A stretch of 64,000 nt of DNA from Vicugna vicugna (lineage: Eukaryota). Made by a program: the position numbers and the translations under genes. The stretch covers positions 1,485,319 through 1,549,318 of the forward strand of contig MU061579.1 in assembly GCA_013265495.1 (NCBI GenBank). The letters run 5' to 3'. Shown here in pieces: positions 52,746 to 64,000 of the stretch. Positions within the stretch are counted from its first letter, which is position 1; every line of letters starts with the position of its first letter. The notes beneath the pieces are model-generated. The model made no database searches, was not told the origin of the DNA, and was given only the letters and a program-made list of their open reading frames with translations.

Positions 52746-54859
52746 GTAATCAAGTATTTATATTACAAGACTACCAGCTGTTAAGTGATAATATTTTTTT
52801 GTTTTTGTTTCTTTCATGAGATTTGAGCAAATGTTTATAGTTTTATAGTAACTGTTATTAAGTTTTTATCCTCCTTATACGTTTATATTTGTACTTATCA
52901 GTCATGTTAAATCTAATGTTTTTACACCGTTAATTCTACCTTCCCTCATAATTAAAAATATAATAAAGGTATTATGTAAATTAAACTTTGAGAATACTTT
53001 TCCTAGATCTTTCAACCAAATAAAAATGTTTTCAGAAAACTGCCAGTACCAATTCTTCTGTTAATACTTACAATGTGTCCAGGGCTTTACTATACTTTAT
53101 GACTGTTTTGACAAAAGTATTAAGCTCTTTGGAGAGAGAAAACCAATACATTTGAAATCTGAGGGAAGCATTTATCACAGGATGCAATTACAAAGTGACG
53201 TAGTGCAAAGATATTGTTGATCAATCATTGAAAAAATAAGCAGAAAAAATTTAAATGCAATAAAGATACACACTTGTGTTTCAATTACAGGCTAGCACAT
53301 ACAAAACAAGAAATTTGAGCCCACAGCATTATATTTCAAAGGATTTTGTTGTCAAAAAAAGTTTTGAGTGAGTTTTCAGGGAAATTAAAATTAAAACTAC
53401 TAAGAACCTTGCTCCAAATTACAAATTTTCCTGGAACTGCATCAGATAACTAGAAGAACTCAATTTCTGTATCATTTCTCTACTGAGATTCTTGTAATCA
53501 ATTCCATTTTTTTGATTTATACATTCTCCAATTAGACCTCTCTTCAAAATTATAAAAATAAGGATCCAATTTGGATAAATAAAAGCTCTCATATACACAT
53601 ATATAAATACTGAGAGCTTTTATTTATATCATACATATTTCTATTTATATAATATATATATATATATGTTTACACTGCACTTGAGTTTTGTGTAAGAATT
53701 GTGTAAGAATTTAGGGCTTATTGAGTGAAAATAGCAAGAAAAAGAGAGAGGAAGTGGTGGGAACCAAATGGAAAACTTGGTAATGAAGAAAATTCCACAA
53801 GAAAAAAGTCACACAGCAGAGGTGAAAGAAGGTATTTTTATGTGAGGTACATGGGGCTTAAGATGCTTCAAAGAAGCAAATGACACATGTAAGATATTAG
53901 AGTTGAATATATGAACTTGGACATGATCTTTTTAGCACGTATACTTAAAATCATGAGAGCATTAATCTACCAAGAAAAAAAAGGTTAGGGGGAGGTACCC
54001 AAAAGCAGAACAGAATTTTGAACCAATACTTTCCACTGAGTCACAGCTGGAGAAATAGGAAGAACTCTTGAAGAAAGAAAATGGTCAGTGCCACAGAGTA
54101 ACACAAACTAGACTACTTAGGCTGAGAGAAGTCAAGGACAGGTGAAGTTCCAGGAAAATTTATAATTTGGAGCGAGGTTCTCAGTAGTTTTAATTGTACA
54201 TGGTTTCAGGATAGGTGAAGCCTTAGAAAATGCTGAGTGACTTATTTTTCAAAAAAAGCAGTTTTGCTCAGATGATGTGAAAAGAACACTAAAGTGATCA
54301 GGTAATGAAAGCATGATCAGGGAGAGGACACAAAGATTATCATCCAGAAGATTTGGCAAGAAAAGAAAAACGAAAAAAAAAAAAGATTGCAACAAGTTGG
54401 TAGGGTCTAGAGCAAACATTTTTGTTTTCTGTGTTGTCTTAAATACCATTGGCAGTATCTATTCTAAGTTCTGTAGGAGTGACTAATATAGATGAAGAGG
54501 GAGAGAGATACAAGGTGTCAGTTAGAAGAGATAACTGGGCAAGGTGCTTAGTATTTGGAAGACTAAGTTTCAAAGTTACAGATGAAGGGTTATTTTTAAC
54601 AAAAATGAAAAAAATACATTAATAAAGGTATAGACGTTTCATATGTAGGTGTCAATTTTAGTAAATAAGGAGAAATCTGCTGAAAATATGAAGGGATACT
54701 AGAACAGAGTTAGAAATTTGGGACAATCGGAGATATTTTACAGAGCTGCTATTTAAATAAATAATTAGGTAATTAATAAACAATACAAACTTGAATTATA
54801 AAGGTTACTGATTAGTATTGAGCAGTCTCTACTTTAGCCTGCAACTGAGGATATCATTA

Positions 54860-55555
54860 TGTACAATAAAGAATAAAATCTAGACTTCAGTAAGGAGTCT
54901 CTTTATTTGAAGATACTGTTGCAATAGGGGTAGGAGAATGAATTATAGCAATAGGAGAAAGGGACTGTTGCAACAGGGATAATAGTTTTATCATAAGATC
55001 TTCAAGCATCTCCAAGTTAGGCAAAGATGGGCATTCATTATGCAAGATGGCTTCTAGTTCATAGGGAGGAGTAAACATGCTAGCAAGAACCAGGTGTGGG
55101 GGTACGGGGATAAGCACATGGTGTGATCAAACATTTGACCAGCGAATGTTTTTCCTTGAAATCAGTAGGTTCTCTAGAGGGGCCATTAAGGAGAGATTTT
55201 CTGCATTCATATTCTTACTCAAGAGTGGGTCAAGTCAAGGACCTGTGTGAAGAGAAGACCCTTGACTGAATTTGGATAAGGACAGATTAGCATTTTGCCC
55301 TGTTTGGCCAGTCAAGGCCAGAAGGCAAATCATTCAGCTAATCATTTGTGTGACAAATAATACGAATTTTAGGATTGTATCTGTTGCTGTCATAGGTGAA
55401 CAAGAAGGTCAGTCCATCTGGGAGTCTTACTTTAGTCAAATAGGGGCTGATAGCCCTTTAAAAGATACTCTTTCCCAGCTGCAAAGGATGGGGAGGTTCC
55501 TTAACTGTTGCTGTTTTTCAGGAGCACAGGATTCAGGTAAAGTTCAACATTATCA
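54860..55555 (-). mobile_element. ERV1 MER4-group solo LTR (MER92-like)
   Basis: Reverse strand begins TGataatgttgaactttacctgaatcctgtgctcctgaaaaacagc and ends ...aagtctagattttattctttattgtaCA. About 695 bp. Confidence 0.7.
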
Positions 55556-55850
55556 GTCATTATTGCTTTTATTTAAATGTCTCAAATCTTACTGGATCAC
55601 TAAGAAGAAATGGAGAAAATGAACTGTGCAGTGCTGGAGAATAGCAAAATGAAAATAATGTGTATTCTGATGAGGCAAAGCTTCCAATGGTGTGAAGTGA
55701 TCATAATTGAATGGAGACAAGGATGGAGAATAGGCTTCCTGCCTGCAGGATGCTGATGTGGAGAAGAAAAAGCAAAAATGAAATCTCAACCATCACAAAC
55801 AGACCTGGAAAACTAATTGTTTAAATGAAACAGTTAGGAGAGACTTCTCC

Positions 55851-55886
<36 letters not shown>
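55851..55886. repeat. (TG)n microsatellite
   Basis: Seen directly. Confidence 0.92.
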
Positions 55887-55889
<3 letters not shown>

Positions 55890-56190
55890 AAAGTCAAGGT
55901 CGCAATAAATTTTGTTGCAATTTTCCTAAATTTTATGCAGCAGCAGTAGAAGATCTAGCCATTCAAATCATATATGAAGCGTCAGTGACAGATAAAACAA
56001 AATTCCACTATGATTATATCCTATGAGTCACTCTTTTTAATGTAAAAACTACTGGTTTACAGCTTGCACACAGATCAGGAGTTGTCAATATTGTCAATAT
56101 TGGGAATTAGAGGGATGGGCTGGGCATATATATATATATATGTAATTGAATGCAGCAAAAGTTGTACAGACATAACTTAATCAATGGTGG

Positions 56191-56503
56191 TGTACCAGTC
56201 AGTGTCCCTGGGGAAAAAGAACTGACAAATCCTTGCTAATATGAGACTATTTTAATAAAGGGGAGATTTACAAAGTTGTGGGAATGTGAAGCCAATCCCA
56301 AGGAACAGAATAGGGAGCCTGTGTTACTCCTAAGCCAACCTTCAGGGACCAGGTCTAGAGTAGAGACCAGGGAAATAAACTGCCTAATCCCGTTCTCCCC
56401 AGCTCTTCCAGTCATTGCCTGTTGATGAAGGCATATCAGCCACAGACCAGGATGGAGAAGGGAGAGAGTAGGTCTGGAGGTGCAAATAGAAGAGTTCCAG
56501 GTT
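56191..56503 (-). mobile_element. LTR33-like ERVL LTR, internally deleted
   Basis: tgtaccagtcagtgtccc...tttaataaaggggagatttacaaag...gagagtaggtctggaggtgcaaatagaagagttccag. Confidence 0.7.
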
Positions 56504-57974
56504 TGGAGGAGGGGGATTGGTGATAAGGCAAATAGCTAGCTGCTTTTTTCTTGTTAAATACATGAGCCACGTGACTGCTGGTTGAATAGGCTGTCTGACT
56601 TCAGTACAGTAGTGTCACCAAACATCTCAGTAGGATTCGTGTGAAGACACAGACAAACACAAAACTCTCATATCACTTGCAGTCTAAGTCCAGAATCTAG
56701 AGAGAATTCTCCCGCTAAGATTAAGGTAGATAGAATGAGAATGAGGACAATCTGTCTCAGGTTTGTGTCATTGCATGCCCAAGTTTTACACCCTGAAATG
56801 GAGAGAAAAGGGAATATTTTGAATGCTACTCTATCTTTTCTGGTTTAAAGCAGCCAAAGCCCACATTAATCTGAAATTTACCTCTATAACTAAAAGATAC
56901 TAGGTTTTAATGAATATTACTTTCTCTCTTAACCTAAACTGTCCTTGTCACAACTCTAAAGCAATCCCCAGGAAGATTGAGGTGGGGGGATTGTGGTTGA
57001 GTAAGGGCTGATGGAGAGAAAGTACTAAAACTGAGCGAGTAAGGGGACAAAGAGTGTGACCATGTCTTCCACGGGACTATTGCCATATCCTCCCGTAGGA
57101 TGAGGATTTGAGAAATACGTTCAAAAACAGAATACAAGTTTAAAGGCAATCCAATCCACGATGCTATTTGATTTGAAGTATTTCGCTTCCACGGTTAACT
57201 ATAAGGGGGAAAAGCTACAAGCAAACTGTGAAGTGATTTTGACATAAAGACACATTTCTCAGTTTTTGGAAGAACAAATAAAAGAAGCAAAGTAAACAAA
57301 TCACATGGAAGATATCTAATAGTTTAATTTATATGCTTAGCACAATGGAAATATGTCAAATTATTACTAAAAGATGAAGAGTAAAATTTTTCTAAAGCCC
57401 TTGAAATAGTCACAAAATTTAGCTTGTATTGAGCATAACAATACCAGAAGTAGGTAATATTTTGATTCTTTCATCATGATTCAAGAAAATCAGCAACTAG
57501 TAATAAAAGTTTCTTTAAAATATTTATATTTTGGAAATATAATGTGAAGCTGCCATTAGACCGCCTTTAGTAAATAAAACAAAAGCATTATTTATCAATC
57601 TTCATAGAGGTGAAAAACTTCAGAGGAAAATTTACATTTTTGTAAATTGACAATTATTGGCAGATTAAGTTGATAAATTAAAAATGATAAATCATAAATC
57701 AAAAATGAAATAATCATTTACTTCAAGAATTAGAAGAGCCATAAAATATGTGTACTGAAAATAATGTATATATATATATATGAGTATTATAGCTAAATTA
57801 ATAGACTAGGAGATATAAATATTAAAATCTGTTAGATGAAACAAATAGTTTGTGGTAGAAGTTAAGAAAATTTTTTAGAAAACAAAATAACTACATTTAA
57901 CATGAAAAAATGTATATACTTATATTGGGAAATCCTATAAATGCAGAACTATACATTACTTTACAATCATATAG

Positions 57975-58230
57975 TAATATAAATAAAATTTAGTATATTT
58001 TATTTTATATGTATTTTGCACATAATATTTTTGCTGTATTTATTTTTATATTTGTTATATATTTATTTATATATTAAATATTTATATATTTTATTACATT
58101 TTATAAATATATATTTATAAACATACATTTGTTTGTTGTATAACATTTTGTTATATTTACTATATTATGTTCATATTTTATTATAGTTATTATTTGTTCT
58201 ATATTCCATAAGCTACATTTTACTATATTT
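57975..58230. repeat. Extremely AT-rich low-complexity tract
   Basis: Seen directly; very few G/C over ~250 bp. Confidence 0.8.
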
Positions 58231-60439
58231 TTCAACTTTGAAAGAAAAAACTTGAAATTATGTAAAATAAATGTTCTTTTAAGAAATACAAATTGATACA
58301 TTTTACATGTGAATTCTTACAAAATGTTGAGGAAATAGTTCCCACTTTTATAAACTGATCTAAAGCAAAGCTCAGGATGAAACATTTTTTATTTCTCTCC
58401 TGCTGTTTGCTGTGTTTCTTGATTTCCAGTGGTGTTACAGTTTTTTTTTTGTTTTACTTTATTTTCTGTTTTACAATGGAATTATTCATGGCAAGCAATG
58501 CAGCAATAGGGTCTCATCCCATAAATACATAAATACATACAGAAAAAAGTGACCAGTGTGAGCTTTCCTAGTCTGTGCCATGGAGAAGCATGTTTACCTC
58601 TTGCCTCTAAAGTCTCCCTCTCCATCCACTCACCTGTCATGACTCTATGTTATGTGGCCATCCTTCTCTTTCTTTCATGAGTAGCAGTACTTTTGAAATG
58701 CTAAACGTTTCTGTTTAATTCCCTTGATCTTGTTACTACAGAAATGTACATTTTTAGTTTTGTATTGGACTAAAGTGGGCCAAAAGTTCCAAGTCTGAGT
58801 ATTGGATGATGAGTGCACGGAACCAAACGAGCTCCAAAGGGACCCCATCTTCCTCCTCCTCATTGCTGTCAGATTGATTTGCCTAAAGCATGGCTTTTAT
58901 GTACCTAATTACCAATAAGTTTCCATTTCTCCACAGGGAAGTATACATTTGAAGTCAGGAAACCTAGCATAGGAAAGGTACACTAGGCTCCATTTTTAAT
59001 CTACCTTTTAAGCTTCATCGCCTGCATTCATCATTATAACACAAAGCCTCAATCCACACTTGATTATTCATCCTTACTTTTTCTCATTATACCCTTTTCG
59101 TTTGCTGCACTTTCATTCGTTTTCTTTCCCAGTGATGTCCTTTTTCCCCATTTTTCTATGTCCAAAAGAGTTCCATGTTGGAAGTCCTATCCCCAAGTAC
59201 CTTCCTTTCTCGGGACTTTCTAGGTAGGTGCTGCATTCAGGAAGGCAAACACATCAGTGAACAAATCTCTAACTCTCTTATCAAATAAAAAGCCCTCTCA
59301 AAAGACTTTATCTGCAGGTGGCTAAGTCCAGTGACCAATTTTTTGTTCTGTCTTTTGTATCTCATCTGCGTGTTTTCCCACAGTGGACAAAGAACATGCT
59401 TGATCCTCATTTATATGGTTTTAAGTTACTATTTACACACAATAGCCTTCACAGAATTGTTCTAAAACAAATGATAATGGCAAACATTTGTTAAAGAAAT
59501 GAATAAAATAATTAATTGTGTGCTGGCCTCTAAAGGAACTTGAGGCTACTCCATAAGTGATCCTGTCAATTCACTGGGGACAATCTGCTATTTTAATGCT
59601 GCCAGCATTTTCTTTCTGTGCACCAAAGAGATTGAATTTGGCTCTGCTTCAATAGGCCACTTGCTTATGTAAATGCAAAGCTCAAATATTACTCTGAAAT
59701 AATATGCGAAACCAAGAGGGTATGCTGTTCGCTATATTGTTTAAATTTTCTGTAGCAGTTTCTCTCAGCTCAGAGCCAGAAAAAGTGTGGTGTTTTCTGC
59801 TCTTGTCTCTTATGCAGCCAGCTATCCGAAAATTATAATTTGTTTATCTGTTAGATTCTCTTTTGGCTTTAACTGATGGAGGCTCAGGGATAAACTTTAA
59901 ATATAAATACGACTTCCCTAATTTTTTGGTTCCCACCTTAATTTAAGGATCACCTTTTCCGTATGGCAAATATGTTTCTTTATTTCTCAACTTGTTGTTT
60001 TCTGATGAGGAACCTTTTAGGTATTATGATTAAGTTTTGTTTTTTTTAAATGTTTTTAATTGTATGAAAGATTTTTAAATTCTTTAGTACTTCGCAATTT
60101 TCAGAAGTCTCACACACGTTATTTCATATAATCCCATAATAGCCTTCTTTTAACCTCCCACCCTTTCCCTCCCTCCACTGTTAACCAACCACTACTTTGA
60201 TCTCTACATTTGTGAGTCTGTTTCTTTTGTTGTTTTAACGGCACTGCTAACATTATTTTGTAAAATAAACTGTAAGTGGTTTTGTATATAGCATCAGCAC
60301 TTATTTGCATTTATCTTTTACTTGCGGTTCTGAGTTGACTCAGGCAAAAAACACCACTTACCCAATAATCACTAGGAATTATCTTACAATAATTAGTTGC
60401 TAGGGTTTTTCTGGTTTCTTCACTTTCTTTTGGTTACCG

Positions 60440-61210
60440 TGACTAATTCATCAGGAAGTCCTGCGGAATCTCCCGCAAAACTGATCCTTAATCTGTCTAC
60501 TTTTTGCCCATTCTTATCTCTCTCTCCTTAGCTCCACCCACTACCATGTCACACCTGGATTAGCTCAAGATATTCCTAAAATGTCCTCTCTTATATTTTA
60601 TTCCCAGTAATGCATTGTCCTCACGGTAGCAGAGAGATTATTTTAAACGTATATCATGTTATATAACTCACTTGCTTAAAACCACATGCATTTGAAATCC
60701 AGTTATGACTCCTTACCTCAGCTTTCACACCTTACATGTGTGTTTCATGCACATTTCTGTGACTGCTTTTTTTTACCCTTTTCTCCTTCCCTACAATGTC
60801 CCTGCCACTCAGACCTTTTATGCTTCCTTGAACACCCACATTTCTGCCTTCGTGATTTTCCTCTTCCTTCAATGTCTCCTCTATTTTTCCCATGGTTGAC
60901 TCTTTCACATCATTTACCTCAGTTCAAGTGTAGCCTTCTGAAAAACTCCTCCTTCATCATCAAATCTAAAGTCAGCCACCCCATCACACAGTCTACGAAA
61001 TCAACTGTATTTTAATATTCTGATATTATCACTTGTATCTCCATCCATCCAACGATCCATCCATCATACGTTCTTTCATTGGTTCAACAGCACCCATCTA
61101 AAATTCAAGATCCTTAAAAGAAGCAGCATCATTCTTGTGTTCACTACTTTCTTCTGGACCTACACTGATGCCTAACATATAGTAGACAGTCAATAAGTAA
61201 ATGTTAAAGC
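60440..61210 (+). mobile_element. L2 LINE 3' region
   Basis: ccatgtcacacctggatta...cttgcttaaaacc...ttccttgaacac...tgcctaacatatagtagacagtcaataagta. Confidence 0.78.
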
Positions 61211-61224
61211 AATAACTCTTAACC

Positions 61225-61370
61225 TGAAAAACACTCATTACTGTTTTGCATGTATCACTGCAGTTAATCTTCACTGTAAAGTTGTCAAGTGGTGACTGGT
61301 GCCATCCCTTCAATGGGTGAGGAAACTGAGGCTTAGTGAGGGGAAGTAACTTGTTCAATGATATACATAC
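61225..61370 (-). mobile_element. MIR SINE
   Basis: gggtgaggaaactgaggcttagtgaggggaagtaacttgttcaa. Confidence 0.85.
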
Positions 61371-61559
61371 ATATAATATTAAAAATAAGTTATTTGCTTT
61401 ATTTCAAATAAAATCTGCCCTTCACTGCCCATAGTCACACTCGCTCCAATGTTTAATGTGAGTTGGCCAGTTCGAACACATATGCAACCATAATCATATA
61501 GCAACATTTTGTGAGTTTGTTAACTGAAATTTGCATAGTAGCTAAGGTTTAATACTGAA

Positions 61560-62170
61560 CTGCATCTTTTCCAGTGATCTTTATGCTACAGAGATTCATT
61601 CTTATTGACATCTTATGGATCTAGTACAGTCTTTGAATAGCTTTGTGATATTCTTCCATGTGAGTAACTACATTGTCTTTTCTAGATCTTCATCTTTAGG
61701 TCCTTGGGATAATACCAGATTTTGCTATTCCACACAGTGTTGTCTGAACATCTTCATCCTTAACTCCTATGTACCTGTGAATGGAGTTAATAGTCTCTTA
61801 GTAGATATTGTATAGGCTGTAGATTTAAATGAAACACCGAAAATATGCAAACCTATTTGTGAATGCATCGTATGAATTTTTCTGAGAAATGGATATCTTT
61901 ACTTTGTCAAATTCTCAGAGATATCGGGATCCAAAATATTTAAATACTTAAAAGCAGAATTGCTCAGTCATATGTTCTTAATATTTTCAATGTTAGTAAA
62001 TACTGACAATTTTCCAAGTTGACTGCACATATTTATGTTATTTCTAGCAATGGACATATTTTCATAAAGTTAATATCCATTTCTTTTTTTGTTTTTGCAT
62101 ACCTGATTAAAAACCAGTATCTCATTGTTATTTTAATTTACTTTTTTCTGTTTAATTGTGAAGTTTATTT
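61560..62170 (-). mobile_element. Old L1 (L1ME-type) 3' region, interrupted by a hAT relic
   Basis: ccagattttgctatt...aaaagcagaattgctcagtcata...gtatctcattgttattttaattt. Confidence 0.65.
61810..61950 (-). mobile_element. Charlie4z-like hAT-Charlie MITE
   Basis: tttttctgagaaatggatatctttactttgtcaaattctcagagatatcgggatccaaaatatttaaa resembles the remembered ttttctggggagagggtccatagctttcatcagattctcaaaggggtc...ccaaaaaaggttaag. Confidence 0.5.
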
Positions 62171-62236
62171 TTATAAATAAAAATGGGGTTATTTTTATCA
62201 TGTATGAAAAACGTAAAGAAAATTAACTTTTCATTT

Positions 62237-62731
62237 TGTAGTAACTTTGCATCAATGGTCCCATATGTCACTTTTCTCTGAATCTAAACCCTTTGCGATG
62301 TTTTCCCACCATGCATGGGAAGCAACTCCCATCTGTAAATTCAGTCATGAGTTGTCTAACTGAGTGACCACAGTATTGATGCTGCCAGTTCTAAGCCTGG
62401 ATTTCAGGAGGCCCAGTGTATTCTGTTCGCCTTTTTTCAGCTTCTACCATTTTCACTGGAAAGGTTCTGAGGCTGACCTGCAAGTCAGAGAAATAGGATG
62501 AAAGACATATGGACCATCGCTTCCCCAGCTAAGCTACTCTGGCCAAACCAACCTTGAGTGAAGCCTCCAGCCCATCTGCAAATGCTTGAGCCAGATTACC
62601 CAGAAGCCTAAGGGAGCCCTGATGAGATCTGCAAATCCAAGACCTCCTCACTCATGAGATGTAATAATAAATGTTTAAGCCACTGGGATGTGAGATGTTT
62701 GTTTGTCAACAGTGGCTGTAGGTTACATACA
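62237..62731 (+). mobile_element. MLT1H-like MaLR solo LTR
   Basis: TGtagt...aatggtccca...tgccagttctaagcctggatttcaggaggcc...aataaatgtttaagccactg...tacataCA. Confidence 0.78.
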
Positions 62732-63024
62732 TCATATGTCCGCAAAGGTTATTTGTTCTAGGAGACAAAAAAAAAATCAATTTTAATGATTCAGAGATAT
62801 TTTCATTCAAATAGTAACATGCTTTAAATAATTTATATATTACCTTTTTTCCCCCTGAACAAACTTTGCGTAGTTAATTTTCTCTTAGATATAGAATACT
62901 TAGCAGTTATAATATAATATATACTTAAGTACATATTTTTCTTTAATTTTATAAGAATAAGCTAAGATCGGAAATGTCAATTGTCAAAGGGTGATAAAGT
63001 ATTGAATGGGACTTTCAAACATAG

Positions 63025-63043
63025 ACACACACACACACACACA
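63025..63043. repeat. (CA)n microsatellite
   Basis: Seen directly. Confidence 0.9.
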
Positions 63044-64000
63044 GACTTAATTTCATGAAACAAGGCAAGTGGTGAAATAAAAGCTGTTTTAATCCTTAAG
63101 GATTTTCATGGTGTGAATGAGAACAAACTTGATTTTTTTTTCACACCTGCATTGTAGTCATGGGGCATTAACATGCATAGAATTTGAAGAATTAGAAGAA
63201 AATAATTTTGAAAGGAGCACATCTTTGAAATAAATCTCCATGATTTCATCTATGGAAGCAGTTTCTTTTCTCTCTTTCTCTCGCTTTAACTACATTAACC
63301 TCAATTTATTTTTTGTGTGCTCTCAGCTTTTTAAAAAAAAATCAAATAATAGCAATTTGATAGTGTTTGTAATTTAACCAATAAAAATATTAACATAACC
63401 AATTCTCTTCAGCACATGTGAAATAAGAAAATAGTGCTTATTATTTAAATATGTTAGAACTTTACCATCTGGAATTTCAACATTATGAAAATGACTAACC
63501 AAATTCCCTTCATTCTTTGCAGAAATTTACAGTAATAAGATCATATACTAACATTTTTACAACTTACAATTTTCTTGAGATTTTGAATGGATAAATAATT
63601 GAGAGGACCTATGCTACTTGTGACTTAATTTTTAAGAATTTAAGATAAGTTAAAAAAAGTAATATGGTAATATGGAAATTCAACTTTTATCCACTTATCC
63701 TCCATAATTTATAAAAATTCTTAATTCTATCTCTTTTCTTCTGCTTCTATCATTAAAATCATTGTTTTTTAAAATAGTTTTTATATCCAAGGTCTGCCAC
63801 TTCTTATTTCTAAATCATTCACATTGCTTATGTCATAATTAGAATAAAACAACATAAATCTCCCTGTCGAAGCTTTGTAGAAGTAGTTAATAGGGTTCAC
63901 TACTTTTTTGTTGTTGTGTATCTCATATATCATACGCATTGTGTTCAGAATTGGAGTTTTATCATTTACTATTTGTTTGTTTTGTAGTGGCTAATGAACA

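Noticed and set aside
57192..57208. Similarity of cggttaactataagggg to the LSU rRNA I-CeuI site region
   Set aside because: Too short, mismatched and without flanking rRNA or mitochondrial homology.

Overview
AT-rich placental-mammal genomic DNA with no recognisable protein-coding gene. It is probably intergenic or deep-intronic. Two copies of a tRNA-derived SINE with the camelid vic-1-type structure (30841-30973, 35479-35570) suggest an alpaca/llama/camel source. The window is a mosaic of decayed transposable elements: L1 fragments of several ages, L2, MIR, MaLR LTRs (MLT1), ERVL LTRs, an ERVL LTR-PBS-internal remnant, ERV1-type solo LTRs, hAT DNA-transposon relics and microsatellites. The only ORFs I can assign are L1 ORF2 fragments; the rest are short enough to arise by chance. 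I found no evidence for a new biological system. The items most worth checking are a ~110-nt branched inverted repeat in unique-looking sequence (49345-49454), two inverted duplications wrapped around TA-rich cores, an L1 inserted exactly on the 5' junction of an older L1, a good CTCF-like motif and two weak exon candidates. All repeat family names come from remembered consensus sequences, not a database search, so subfamily calls and boundaries are approximate.
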